DNA of 64,000 bases from Rhina ancylostomus (Eukaryota). Below, in pieces: positions 49,631 through 61,739 of this stretch (the first letter of the stretch is position 1; each line of letters begins with the position of its first letter). Under the pieces are notes generated by a model. That model did not search any database. It had not been told where the DNA came from and saw only the letters and a program-made list of their open reading frames with translations. The DNA is taken from positions 41,507,348 to 41,571,347 of the forward strand of contig JARFYF010000063.1 in assembly GCA_030265395.1 (NCBI GenBank), given 5' to 3'. Made by a program: the position numbers and the translations under genes.

Positions 49631-52600
49631 GGTACTCCAAAGGAATCAGCTTTAGCAAAGCTCATAATGCTGGTATCATAACTTTCCTCATCTCTATGGA
49701 ATAACATTTGGTCCAGAAGCAAAGAGTATATCAATTTAAAATAGGTTTAAAATATGTCAATTTCTGAATTCTTTATATTTTCCTGTTACAGCACTTGGAG
49801 TTCCGAAGTCTTTAAATTACTCAGAAAGTTGATTGAATGACTATAACTTTCATTGTCTACATTCTTCCATTTAATTAACTAAAACCACAGACCATGAAAA
49901 CATTTCAGTGTATTTAGTGACAGTAGAGATTTTTCTTTTGTTGAGATCAGAATAGCTAATGGGAAAGTTGGCAACGTTGGGAAAGGTACCATAAAGTCTG
50001 TGGTCTAAATCTTAAGGGCTCATTTCGCTGCAAACTGCGGAAGAGAAACGTTTTATCCTTCCAGTTAAGCTGGCACAAAAATAGGAAAGCAAACATTTCA
50101 CTTTTGCCCTAAACCCTTGCTATATATTCTTTCCTGCAGAGAAAATGGATTTTTGAATGCATAGATCAAAGGGCAGGAAATACCTGCCATTGAACTTTTC
50201 TTTTGGTTCAGTTGTTCTCTAGATTAATCTTCACAGTACATCCACTTCACACCCACCAGCACTGGAAACTTCCATTTTATAACTGGAACCAACATTGCCA
50301 AAGATCCATGACTCATCTGGAAAACTGCTAATAACAGAGTAAAATGTTGTTTTTGTGGGTAATGAATCAGAATTCAGACTATGTGAGTGAAACATCATGG
50401 CTCATTATTTTACCATCTTGAGGGATTATGAAAGCCAGCAGAGAGGGAAAGGTTCCCACAGTTTTTTTCTACATTGCCCACTAAAGATAGGTTAAAATAG
50501 AAGCTTCAGGGCTTGGATTTTTGATGTATGATTTAACTATTGTTCCTTCTTCATGTTGTGGCCTTAATGTTGCCACGAACACAAATCTCACACGATGTTC
50601 ATATGATTCAGTGTTTCTCTCAAAGGAAACAGATTTAAGTAACATATTTATCTCTCAATGTTTTATATGCCAACTGGGACAAAAATAATGCTATCATTAA
50701 CTATCCATTGCTGGCACAAGAATCTGTTTAAAAACTGGTCTGTGATAATAGAAGGTAGGCTGCTGTAAAGTTTTTTAAAACTTCTGAATAAATATCTCCA
50801 CAGACAACTTTGAATAAAAATGAGTAGAAGTGGCTGTAAGTTGCAGATTTGATACCTCTTCATGTACAGTCAACATTGCCTCCATTAAATCTTTTATTGA
50901 AATGTCAGCCAGGATTTCATACAACTATAAGAGTATTGATACCAGTGGCATAATGTGCATTTTGAACCCCAAAATCAGGAAGAGTCCACAAATTTTATAC
51001 CTGCTATAAAAATATAAAAATACCTCTGTCAAACTGGCTTCTCACTTTCTGTGTGCATCCTTGTGTAAATGTGAATAGGTTTGCATTTTACAAGTTGAGC
51101 TTGAAGAAACAGACATTAAATGGCAGATTTCAAAATACTTTGGCAGAGTGTTTTCATGTAAAGTGATGCTGTATTTTGGACCAATGTGTGACATCTGAAA
51201 CCAGAGTTTTGAATGTCAGGCCATCAGCCACACTTTCAAAAAGATTTTAATATGCATGATACTGCTAGTGTTTGAGAAGATTTAATAATAATGTAAAGCA
51301 GTAAAGTATAGTCTCAGAATCTGTTTGCATAACTCCAGAAAAAATAGTGCTGTGTAGCTGAGAATTGCCCTAACATGGTGTCAGCAATATTTGCACATCT
51401 CTGGGTGTCTTTGTGCCTGTCAGGAATTTTTACTCCTGACTTTTAAGTGGAATTTTTGTTTGCACATGGACCTTTTTTTCAGGCAGAAAACTTCCCCAGA
51501 TTATATCAGCAGTGGCACAGTACGCTGAATTATTCTGCAGTGAGATTTTCAACCTCAGTCTAAAAATTGCAGTTGATATTCACACACAGGTCAGGTTTTT
51601 CTAGCCACATACCTTCAGTGAGGGCTAACATTCAAGTTGCATTCTTTGCCCTCACTGAGATGTATGACCTCAGGCAAACTCAACCACAACCTTACAACCT
51701 CACAACCTTGACTACTTTGCTCATGGTAGTGAGGAACACGATCACTCTCTTAAGGGCTTGAGATTATACCCACTGTGCTAAATGCTGGCAACTGGGCACG
51801 CATGCAATAAAGCTTCACTAAAACTAGTTTTAGTGCAGCATTATGCAGGGACACCCACTATGCTGTTCTGCAAACCCGGCAATTGAAAATCCTGAATTTT
51901 ATGCGATGTTCCCGCAGCATTTGGGTGACCAACAGTGCTGTTTTAATGCCATTTAAATGTACTACTGGAATCTCTATCCATGTGTCTATTAATAGGACTT
52001 CACTTAATCATCATAGCATCCAGCTGTTAAAATCAAAATTACTTACAGGCAATTAAAGCAATGATTGTTGGACTGGGTGCAAAGGAAAGTCATGAGGATC
52101 ACCAATACATTAAATGTAATTTAAATACTGGTGATACCAAACCCAATCTGAATAATTTCACCAGACGTCTCACACAGCAGGAAGAAGAACCAGCATTCAC
52201 TAGAACTAAACACTTACTTGCTGAGAGATTTGGTGTTTGTAAAAGGATTGGTATAGGATGAGAAAGGTAAGTCTCAATCTTTCACTGCAATCTGCCAAAG
52301 GGAACCATGTGCACATTTATGTCCATTTCAGCTGCAGCTTTATCACCTACCTTCATGATTTTCAGGAAAAAAAAATCACACAATCACCAATGCTTTGACT
52401 CTGCCAAGGACCATGTTAACTGCCTTGACTCTAACTTGCAGGAAATGCCTGAAGCTTTTTAGTCTCTGTGGACTATCCATGAAAGAAATATTTTCACAAT
52501 TGCAAACTGTAGGAGTATGCCTCAGCCATTTCTCAGATGTTGTTTGGTACATTTAAAGTGACATCACCCATACATTTGTTATGTGACTGGTTGTGCAAAA

Positions 52601-53287
52601 CAGAATCCTTATGATGAATTAACAAGTCCAACATGTCATACAATAGATGTGGAACACTTGCATAGGAAACTCCCCAAACATAACACAAATGTTGCATTGA
52701 ATACAGAATATGTTCTAACACAATCCTACCCATAGCAGAAATACTATGATTAAAGAAGAAATTATCACAAGAACTTAAAACTGAACATCACTATTTTATT
52801 TACACAATAAAAAAATAGAAATTGAGTGAATGTGGTTGATGACTTGGATTGATCAGAATTAATATATCTGTCCAGTATTGGATTCGAGTACTGGTGCATC
52901 AGCCTCAAAGAAACCTGAGATTTTCCATTGATTCTTCCAGATTGACTATCTTTTACAAACTCAATCCCTGGAAAATTTTAGCTGCAGAAGAAAATTTGTG
53001 CCAGCATCTGGTTAGGCTTCAGCCAGAGCATTGTCCTCAATTTTAGATACCACATTTTAAGAAGGATAGCAAGGCCCTTAAGCATGAGTAACTAACGCAC
53101 GTCCATTGGGAACTGGCTAAAACCGTTATGTTCACACCAGGTTGGGTCTATAATCTGATAAATTGTTAGGGCTAGAGTGGGATTGTGTCTTGCCATGCCC
53201 AACATTTTACCCTCATCAGGATTATTTGCTTAGTACGTCCCTATGGGTGGTTCAGGGGTACACTTTGATCTCAGAGTATTTGCTTGT

Positions 53288-53620
53288 AACAACACAGAAG
53301 GAGGCCATTTGGCCTCTTGTGTCCATACTGATGCTCAGCAGAAGATCCTCATCAGTCCCATCACCTCTCATATTTTCCTGTAACACTGCAACTTACTCTT
53401 TCTCACATGCCCATCAACACCCTTTTAATTATTTTACTGCTTGGCTAGGCAAAGGGATAATTTACAACAGCTAATTAATCTACCAGCACATCTTTGACAT
53501 GTGGGAGAAAGCCACATGGTCAAAGGGAGAATGTGCAAATTCCACACACAGAGCACCCAAGGTCAGGATCGAACTCAGAGCTGTGAGACAGCAATATTGA
53601 CTACTGCACTGGATTGTCAC
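53288..53620 (-). mobile_element. HE1-type V-SINE
   Basis: CR1 tail ACACAGAAGGAGGCCATTTGGCC, reverse V-domain CACATCTTTGACATGTGGGAGAAA..GGGAGAATGTGCAAATTCCACACA, and head GGATCGAACTC..GCTGTGAGACAGC. Confidence 0.85.
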
Positions 53621-53809
53621 CTTATGCTATGCGCAAACATGCCCATTATTAAAGGTTAGGGCACAGAGAAGCAAGGATATAACAAAAGCAAACCAAGCAC
53701 TAGATTTCCTAGAGGAATAGCACTGAAAGTGAAAGAAGTTGTGCTAAACCTATGTTGAATATTTGCAAGGATGATGCCATACATGAAAATCTGCTCCTTG
53801 AAGACAATA

Positions 53810-54200
53810 CCTGACACACCAAGAGGCAATTCAGCTCATCATGTCTGTGCCTGTGCAGCCAACAACAATCCCAACTTTCAACATTGGGTCTGTAGCCCTG
53901 TACGTCATAATTTTTCAAGTATTGTTTAAACACAGTGAGGATTTATGTCTCCATCACCCTTAAAGGTAGTGTGCTTTAAGGGAAATAGGTCCTTCCTATT
54001 TACTCTATTTTGGCCATTAATAATTTTATACACCTCAGTTAAGTCTCCCCTGTGCCTTGTCTGTTCCAAAGACCACAATTCTAGCTTATCCAATCTTTCC
54101 CTATAGCTACAATTTTCCAGTCATGCTTACATCTTTATAAATCTCTACACCCTTTCCTGTACTATGATGACCAGAACTGTACACAATTTTGATGTGACCA
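53810..54200 (-). mobile_element. CR1 3' fragment
   Basis: TAATTTTATACACCTCAGTTAAGTCTCCCCT..TGTTCCAAAG..AGCTTATCCAATCTTTCCCTATAGCT is the reverse of SYRERLDKL..LEQ..GDLTEVYKI. Confidence 0.8.
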
Positions 54201-55571
54201 AATTCCCTAAATTTCCATTTAGCATTATATTACTGTTCCAAAAGTTCATTTTGTTTCTTGCCTCACTACCCTGACAAAAATAAAAATATCCTTTCAAAAA
54301 TTAGATGGCAAATCTGCACTTAAAGAGCTGGATCTCTACTTTGTATGGTAACAATATGACCTCTTATAGGATAATGCACAATATTTTAGGTTAAACATTA
54401 ATAAAAAATGGTGGTACTGAAAACGAGAAGTTTGCTGTAAAATGCTAGAATAATCTTGATGATGAATCACTGCTCCCCCAAGAGGAATAGAACATAACTC
54501 ACAAGTGACAAACCGTTATTCATCAGTCTACATCATCGTTTGCAATACCAGGGCAAGAGACCAAGTCAAAATATTGTTTTGTTACCAAAGAAGGTGAACA
54601 TTGAACTTCCTGTTTATGACTTATACATTTCCAAATGTATTATATTTCGTAAACCAATGAAAACTGAATAGTGAAACCATTCCTTTACACTGTATAGCAC
54701 CTAAATAAGGGCAACTCAGCTTGACATCAGCAGCATTGGCTGGAGGAAATTAGGCTTGTGTCCCAAGCTTCTTTGGAATATGGCTTTTGCACCTAGATAT
54801 GTTAACTCTGCCCACCTGGTAGAAGCCAAGTAAAATGTTCATATGGCCTTGTGACTTAGCAGTCACAGACTCATTTCCTTCTCATGTATTGGAATATTAA
54901 CCTGTTCCATTGAACTGAGGGATGAGAGATCCAATGCATGGGAAGGGGTCTCCTGCTTAAAACCAAATATGCTGAGTTAATTTGGACTTATCTTCTTTAA
55001 AATATTTTCTTTGAACATTAAGTTTGTGTCTGTCCACTGAACTTTAAGTTTTAGTTACTCTTCAGTCTTCTATATTGAACTGGGTATGCCTTCTTGTTCC
55101 CAAATACTTTTCTCTATTCTTTCATCAGCTATTTATGCTACTTCATTCTGCAGACTAATGTCAGGTACAGCTTCTTTTATCAACTAGTTTGATGTGACCA
55201 CATTCACCTTGTTCCACTGCTATTTGTTCGGCTGTGGCTAGTTTATTCATCTGCAATGGCTTCTCTTGTGTTCACAATAATCTCCCTTTGTTCCCCTGCT
55301 ACTTTACAACTACAGACTGTTCCCTGGGAGTAATAATAGGAGGAATATAAAGAGGTACTTGATCGTTGGCATCAACATGGCGGGCTGAAGGGCCTGTTTC
55401 AGTGCTGCATGACTCTATGAAACACCAAAATTGAGGAGACAAGATTGCAATTTTAATCTTGTCAAGATTCAAAATCTCTGCAAAGTGAAAGTTACCTGCA
55501 TATGGCAGTGATCATCTATCTATTCCGCATCAGTCAGAACTTTTCAAAGTCTGGAACTTTCAAAGTGGCTA

Positions 55572-56830
55572 GCTAGATCTCCCGTTTGCCAGCCATTTTA
55601 ATTCTCCTCCCCATCGCCACACCAACATGTCTGTCCTCAGTTTCCTCTACTGGTCAGATGAGGCTAAGTGCAAACTGGAGGAACAACGCCTCATATTCTG
55701 CCTGGGTAGCTTACAGCCTGGCGGCATGAACATTNNNNNNNNNNNNNNNNNNNNNNNNNNNNNNNNNNNNNNNNNNNNNNNNNNNNNNNNNNNNNNNNNN
55801 NNNNNNNNNNNNNNNNNNNNNNNNNNNNNNNNNNNNNNNNNNNNNNNNNNNNNNNNNNNNNNNNNNNNNNNNNNNNNNNNNNNNNNNNNNNNNNNNNNNN
55901 NNNNNNNNNNNNNNNNNNNNNNNNNNNNNNNNNNNNNNNNNNNNNNNNNNNNNNNNNNNNNNNNNNNNNNNNNNNNNNNNNNNNNNNNNNNNNNNNNNNN
56001 NNNNNNNNNNNNNNNNNNNNNNNNNNNNNNNNNNNNNNNNNNNNNNNNNNNNNNNNNNNNNNNNNNNNNNNNNNNNNNNNNNNNNNNNNNNNNNNNNNNN
56101 NNNNNNNNNNNNNNNNNNNNNNNNNNNNNNNNNNNNNNNNNNNNNNNNNNNNNNNNNNNNNNNNNNNNNNNNNNNNNNNNNNNNNNNNNNNNNNNNNNNN
56201 NNNNNNNNNNNNNNNNNNNNNNNNNNNNNNNNNNNNNNNNNNNNNNNNNNNNNNNNNNNNNNNNNNNNNNNNNNNNNNNNNNNNNNNNNNNNNNNNNNNN
56301 NNNNNNNNNNNNNNNNNNNNNNNNNNNNNNNNNNNNNNNNNNNNNNNNNNNNNNNNNNNNNNNNNNNNNNNNNNNNNNNNNNNNNNNNNNNNNNNNNNNN
56401 NNNNNNNNNNNNNNNNNNNNNNNNNNNNNNNNNNNNNNNNNNNNNNNNNNNNTTACTCTCATCTACCCTCCCCACCTCCCTCCCTTTATTCCATGCTCCA
56501 TCTTCCTCTCCTATCAGATTCCATCATCTTCAGCCCTTTGTCACTTCCACTTATTACCTTCCAGCTTCTAGCACTACGTCCAATTCTTCCCCTGCACCCC
56601 CACCCCCCCCAGTTGGATCCACCTATTGTCTGCAGTTCTTGTTCTACTCCTTCCCTTCACCTTTTTATACTGGCTGCCTCCCCTATCTTTCAGTCCAGAT
56701 GAAGGGTCTCGACCTGAACCACTCACCATTCATTTCCCTCCAAATACAGTATGCTGCCTGTCCTGCTGAGCTCCCCCAGCGTTTCGTGTGCTGCTCCAGA
56801 TTCCAACATCTGCAACCTCTTGCACCTCCA
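55572..56830 (+). mobile_element. Penelope-like element 3' end (GIY-YIG tail, gap, 3' UTR, pLTR with decayed hammerhead)
   Basis: DLPFASHFNSPPHRHTNMSVLSFLYWSDEAKCKLEEQRLIFCLGSLQPGGMNI; after the gap, a pyrimidine tract and CAGATGAAGGGTCTCGACCTGAAC..ATGCTGCCTGTCCTGCTGAGCTCCCCCAGC. Confidence 0.88.
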
Positions 56831-57124
56831 CTGGTTGAGCCGAACTCAGTTTTTTTCCGCCAGTCCACTTTGGAGTCAATGGTACTTTGAAGTGCAACAC
56901 CTCCAAATGATTCGGTACAATGAATATTTATCAGCTGCATGATCTTTGAATAAGTAGGTTAAAAAAACATACTTATTTTCTGGATCAACTCCATTTCCCT
57001 CATCTTGCCAAAAATCAAAGTCAAACCTGTGCCCTTGTCCTTTTAGTAAGATGAGAGAGGTGTTTTTGTCTTAAATTGTGGTTCTTAGGGACATAAAAAC
57101 TTCTGCTCTGCTCTGATCTGCTCT

Positions 57125-57440
57125 GACAGGCTGGTAGAATGGAGAGTTAAATGGCAGATGAAATTTAATGCTGAGAAATGTGACATGCTACATTTTGATC
57201 AGAAGAATGTAAGAGGCAGTACAAACCAGAGGGTGCAATTATTAAAGCAGTATGGAAAAGAAATGTGCTTAGTTTGATGAATATGTCAAGACAGGTTGAG
57301 AAAGTGATTCATATAGGAGCATAATGTACCAGAGCAAGGAAGTCATGACAAGCCTTTATAAAATAATGGTTTGGTCACAACTGGAATATTATATTCAGTT
57401 GCTGATGCTGCACTTCAGAGAAGATATGAAGATATCAAAT
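57125..57440 (+). mobile_element. CR1 RT fragment
   Basis: DRLVEWRVKWQMKFNAEKCDMLHF..LYKIMVWSQLEYYIQ..HFREDMK. Confidence 0.85.
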
Positions 57441-57689
57441 CAACTAGTGTCTAAATCCACTCCCCTCATCAGTTGACTTCCTTTTGCCATAAAGCCCACT
57501 CAGATATTCATATGTGGTCAAGCATTGACCTGGCCATTGGTGAGATCATGGACCATAATANNNNNNNNNNTTTCCTGGATTCTCACACATATGACCTACA
57601 ATGCCAGGAACAGTTTCATAGCCTGAAAATATTAACTGTGTTAGATGCACTGGGAATATATATATTGGGAATTCCTATGTGGAACAGGG

Positions 57690-57886
57690 TAGTCTAGTTT
57701 GACTGGTTTATCCTTGGTGGAAGAACATATACCAAGTTGCATAATTTATTCAAAATTTCTCCCACAGAAATTGGTGGGAAAAACTTATGCAGAAATTCAG
57801 TTTGTTGCACCAAAATGTCCCACCATTGTTCACATTTCTTTGGTGTAAAATTTGATATTTTTTTAACTGGATGGCAAACTAGACTA
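57690..57886. repeat. MITE-like element bounded by perfect 12-bp inverted repeats
   Basis: TAGTCTAGTTTG (57690-57701) and CAAACTAGACTA (57875-57886), with an internal TGCATAA..TCCCAC/GTGGGA..TTATGCA fold-back. Confidence 0.45.
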
Positions 57887-60800
57887 GAGACCAATTCCAC
57901 TGGTTTTCTGCCTCAAAGTTTGTTTGTTGAATTACCAAATGATTTTTGACCTTTCCTGTTGGCTGCCCATCAAGTCTCTGCCTTTCTAAATGAGGACCAA
58001 GAATATGAGAACCCCTATTTCTTCTCAATGCACTGAGTTGCAATGCAGTAAGTTTCTAAAACCAGATATTATCCAATTGCAAGAATGGTGGGATTAAGAT
58101 AGCACTGAACCTGAAGAGGAGAGAGTTTGATTAATGACTTCTACAGTCAGGAATAACTTTGACCTTTTTAGGCAAACATAGCAAAAGAATCCACCAAATT
58201 TCCATTTGCAAAGGAGGTATAAGCAGGATTACAGCTGATGTGGCAGTGATGAACCTAATGTGCATTATCTGTGTGTTGGTGACTTCACTGTATGTGAAAC
58301 AGATTATTTTTGGCAAGCATTATGACACGATTGATGTAACATTTGAAATATGAAGTTGCAGTGATATAGAGTTACAAAGAGAAAGTGGGAGTCAGAATTG
58401 AAAGAGAATGCACAAAGATAGATTGCTAGGACTGGAGTGCAGTTTATGTTTTTTAACTTGATATCAGGTTTTACTTGATCTTGTCAATGAAGATATACAA
58501 CTGTTTTTTAGTAAATTCATATTTTTCCTTCTTTAATTTCCGAATTGATATCATGTGGTAATTTGACTCATTTCATACATTAGGACTGAATATTTGTCAC
58601 AGTCAATAATAGAACTGCTGGTCACTTGAGATTATATCACATGGAGTTATTTGAAACCACTATGCTGGACCTTTTTTTGCTAAAGGAAGTTTACCGAAAA
58701 CCTCCCTCTTTTTCAATTGTATTTTGCTGCTTTTGTTCTGTTCTTTTTAAGGGAATTCCATGAATTTTATGCTTATGAATGTTATCAGTGTTGAGGATCA
58801 TATTTCTACTTATGCTGATCAACAGAATCATTGTGTATAATGAGTGCCATGAAAGTATGTATCCTCCAGTGTCATTTGTTTGTTTTGTTCAATTTGTATT
58901 TCCTTTCAGGACAATTATCTTAACTCATTAGTATGCATGTCTGAATTCAATAGTATGCATATTTATTCTATTAAGAATTCTTCATTGGTTCTAAAGTGTG
59001 AAAGTGTTCCTATCACTTGAATAATGTTTAAAGAGAATTGCCAGGATAATGAAGAAAGTACATTGCTAGTTGAAAGAGATAGCTAATGCACTGAGTAATG
59101 GAATAGTATGTGTAAGTTAACAAATTCTTACAAACTTACAATGACTGTTACGACAATAAACATTTGGATTGTTACTATTCAGGTTGGCCTGTATTTTGTT
59201 TGGATCCTTAGGCCCTGATATTCCTGCATTCCTGGTGTGTGGGGCAAAGCCTTTTGATGCCAATATCCAGAGATGCTGATTTGTTTAAAAATCTGCAGGA
59301 CTGCTCTTTGAATTAAGTAGGAAGTGAAATGAGGGGGCAGTTTCCTTCCATAACACAGCAGAAGTTGGGAGGAAGCATCTTGTGATCCTGGTGCTGATGT
59401 CCAAGTTCTGCTGCCAAATATCAGACAAAGGAAACAAGCAGCTGTTAGATCTCTAACATTATCACGATAAGGGCTAATATCTTCATGCGTCCAGCAAACT
59501 TAAGTTAGTTGGCAATTGAATTACTAGTTTACTGAAAAACAGGCATACAAATATTCAAGCGGTAGCCTTTGCCTTGGAAGTACTGTAATAAGGCACTTCT
59601 TATCTCAACTGTCTCACATCATGTCATGCATGCTAACACCTTGAAACCTCGTGTTTTATTTCCCTTCTATCAAAATTAATAACATCTAATGTAAGTAGTC
59701 TTTCTCACCTCCACATATTTAAGCAGGCTTGCTCCCCATGCCCCCACATTTGTGATGATTGCTGCCTACTCATCTACTCCAACAATCACTTACTCCCTTA
59801 CAATCATTGAGCACATTCTGCACCATCTGGACATGTACCTATCCACTGCAATGCAGCAGTACAGACTGCACTGGGATCAGATGCAAGCACATCTGATCTC
59901 CCTCCCTGGTGAGTCCAGGGACATTCTGTAAAATTCTGAGCTGAGAGAATGGACACATTTCTTATCTGCCCCCTCATCTTTGTTCCAACTTGAACTGATG
60001 CATCCAGTGCACCCTATTACATGAATGGAATGGTTTGTTTTCTTTTTTTTACTTTATTTTAATTAATATTTTTTGTTTCAGTTAATTGTCTTGAGACATG
60101 ATATTTTAAAAACTCTTTTGTTTATTGATAATTTCTAAATTGTTGCTTACTTAATTTTTCCTAACTGTTTCTAAATGAGTCTGATGATTAGATGGCCTGA
60201 GCTGTCAGAAAGCCATCAGTGTGGTCCATGGGGAGGGCTTCATTTGGCACAACCTGAAGCCTAGTTGTCACTATCAGCCCACTCAGCAATGAAAAATGGC
60301 TGCAGTGAAGAATCTCCAGATCCTCTGGAGCCATGTGGCTGCAAAAGTTTAGTGAGGTTGCAGGACCAGCGGTGGGGGTAGTAAGACGCATGAGATTGCA
60401 AGGCATGGCCTTAGCCCTGCCTGTCCAACCCATTATCTCAGTGACTCCCACTCAAGGATATGCACACTGTCTCAATGAGGATTTGACACTTAGCAGAAGG
60501 TCAGAGAATAGAGATGCATGAGTGCACCCTGATACAGCTTAGTACAGGCTAAACATTATCAGAGTATCTAGATGACAACCTCAGTTTTCCTGCAGTAAAC
60601 TTAAGTATATCAATAGAACATAAAACACATAGTGTGTCTGTGGACTGCTTTCTGTGAAATGTGAATAATTATTGGGGAAGTAGTGCTTCGTATTTGAAAG
60701 TATCCCTGAGGATTTTAAATCACTATAAGAAATCTCAGAGAAAATTACAGCTGCAGAAACATTTCAAATCTTTTCCTGCTTTATGATAGATTTCTGAAAA

Positions 60801-60944
60801 TCACTCCACAATATGGAGACCCTTAATGAAGGATTATATTACAATGGGAATCATTTGAGAAGGCCTGTGTTAACTGGATTGGTAAGTATATAATGCATCA
60901 TTACTTTGTGATTGGAGGATATTTAATTCATTCTCTCAGGGATA

Positions 60945-61085
60945 CACAGAATCACATAAAAGTTACACTGTGAAAGAAAGCCATTCAGTCCATTGATAAA
61001 AGAAATCTCGGTAGTCACAGTCCCTTGCCCTCTCCCCATGGTTCTGCAAATTCTTTCCTTTCAAGTATTTATCTGGTGCCCTTAT
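60945..61085 (-). mobile_element. CR1 3' tail
   Basis: CACAGAATCACA..GAAAGCCATTCAGTCC..GCCCTCTCCCCATGGTTCTGCAAATTCTTTCCTTTCAAGTATTTATC. Confidence 0.7.
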
Positions 61086-61591
61086 GTGAATTTAGGGACT
61101 CTTCTTTCATGAGATAGGATATACAACTGTTTAATGCAACTGTTATGCTTGAGAAACTATGAAGAGTAAATCCTTGAATAAGTTAAAGCATTTGGTTTAG
61201 CTTATTTTCTCATAGTTATACTGCTGTACTGCCTTATATTTCAAATTGTTGATTTTGTTTCAGAGTTTGGAATAAGGTTGTAAGGCTCAAGTTGCAAGCT
61301 GACATCAAGATGAAATATATTATTCTTGGTTAAGACAATTTTCTGCAGTTCTTGGTATCGTTACTTGAAAAAGCTTTGTATCATCCTTATTGCAGAGAAA
61401 GCGTAAAGAAGTTTCTTACACAGACACATCACTGCACCTGATTGACCATCATTTTATCTGTTTGTTCGGTTTTTTTTGTCTCCTAACTGTTGGCTTTCTT
61501 CAAATTGAAAGCAGCAATAAAGATCGGGGATGGTGTGGGATGAGGCCAGTAAGGTCGAGGTTAGGGTAGAGAGAAGTAGCTGGAGAGATAT

Positions 61592-61739
61592 TGAGTTTGA
61601 CTGCTGGAGCAGGGTAGGTCATCAAGGGATTGGGGTTCATTACCATCAGACTGATCCCCAATCCAGCAGCTAGATAAGGGGTTGTACATCCCTTAGACAG
61701 TCTGAGTACATCACGGCCTTGCCCCTGCAGTCAAACTCA
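61592..61739. repeat. Structured fold-back element (23-bp terminal inverted repeat enclosing two hairpins)
   Basis: TGAGTTTGACTGCTGGAGCAGGG vs CCTTGCCCCTGCAGTCAAACTCA (20/23 match); inner stems at 61627-61664 and 61675-61695. Confidence 0.75.

Noticed and set aside
55627-56571. Longest ORFs (314 aa etc.; also at 38868-39286, 62913-63518, 33155-33520)
   Set aside because: Their length comes from translating through N gaps; the real parts are transposon fragments.
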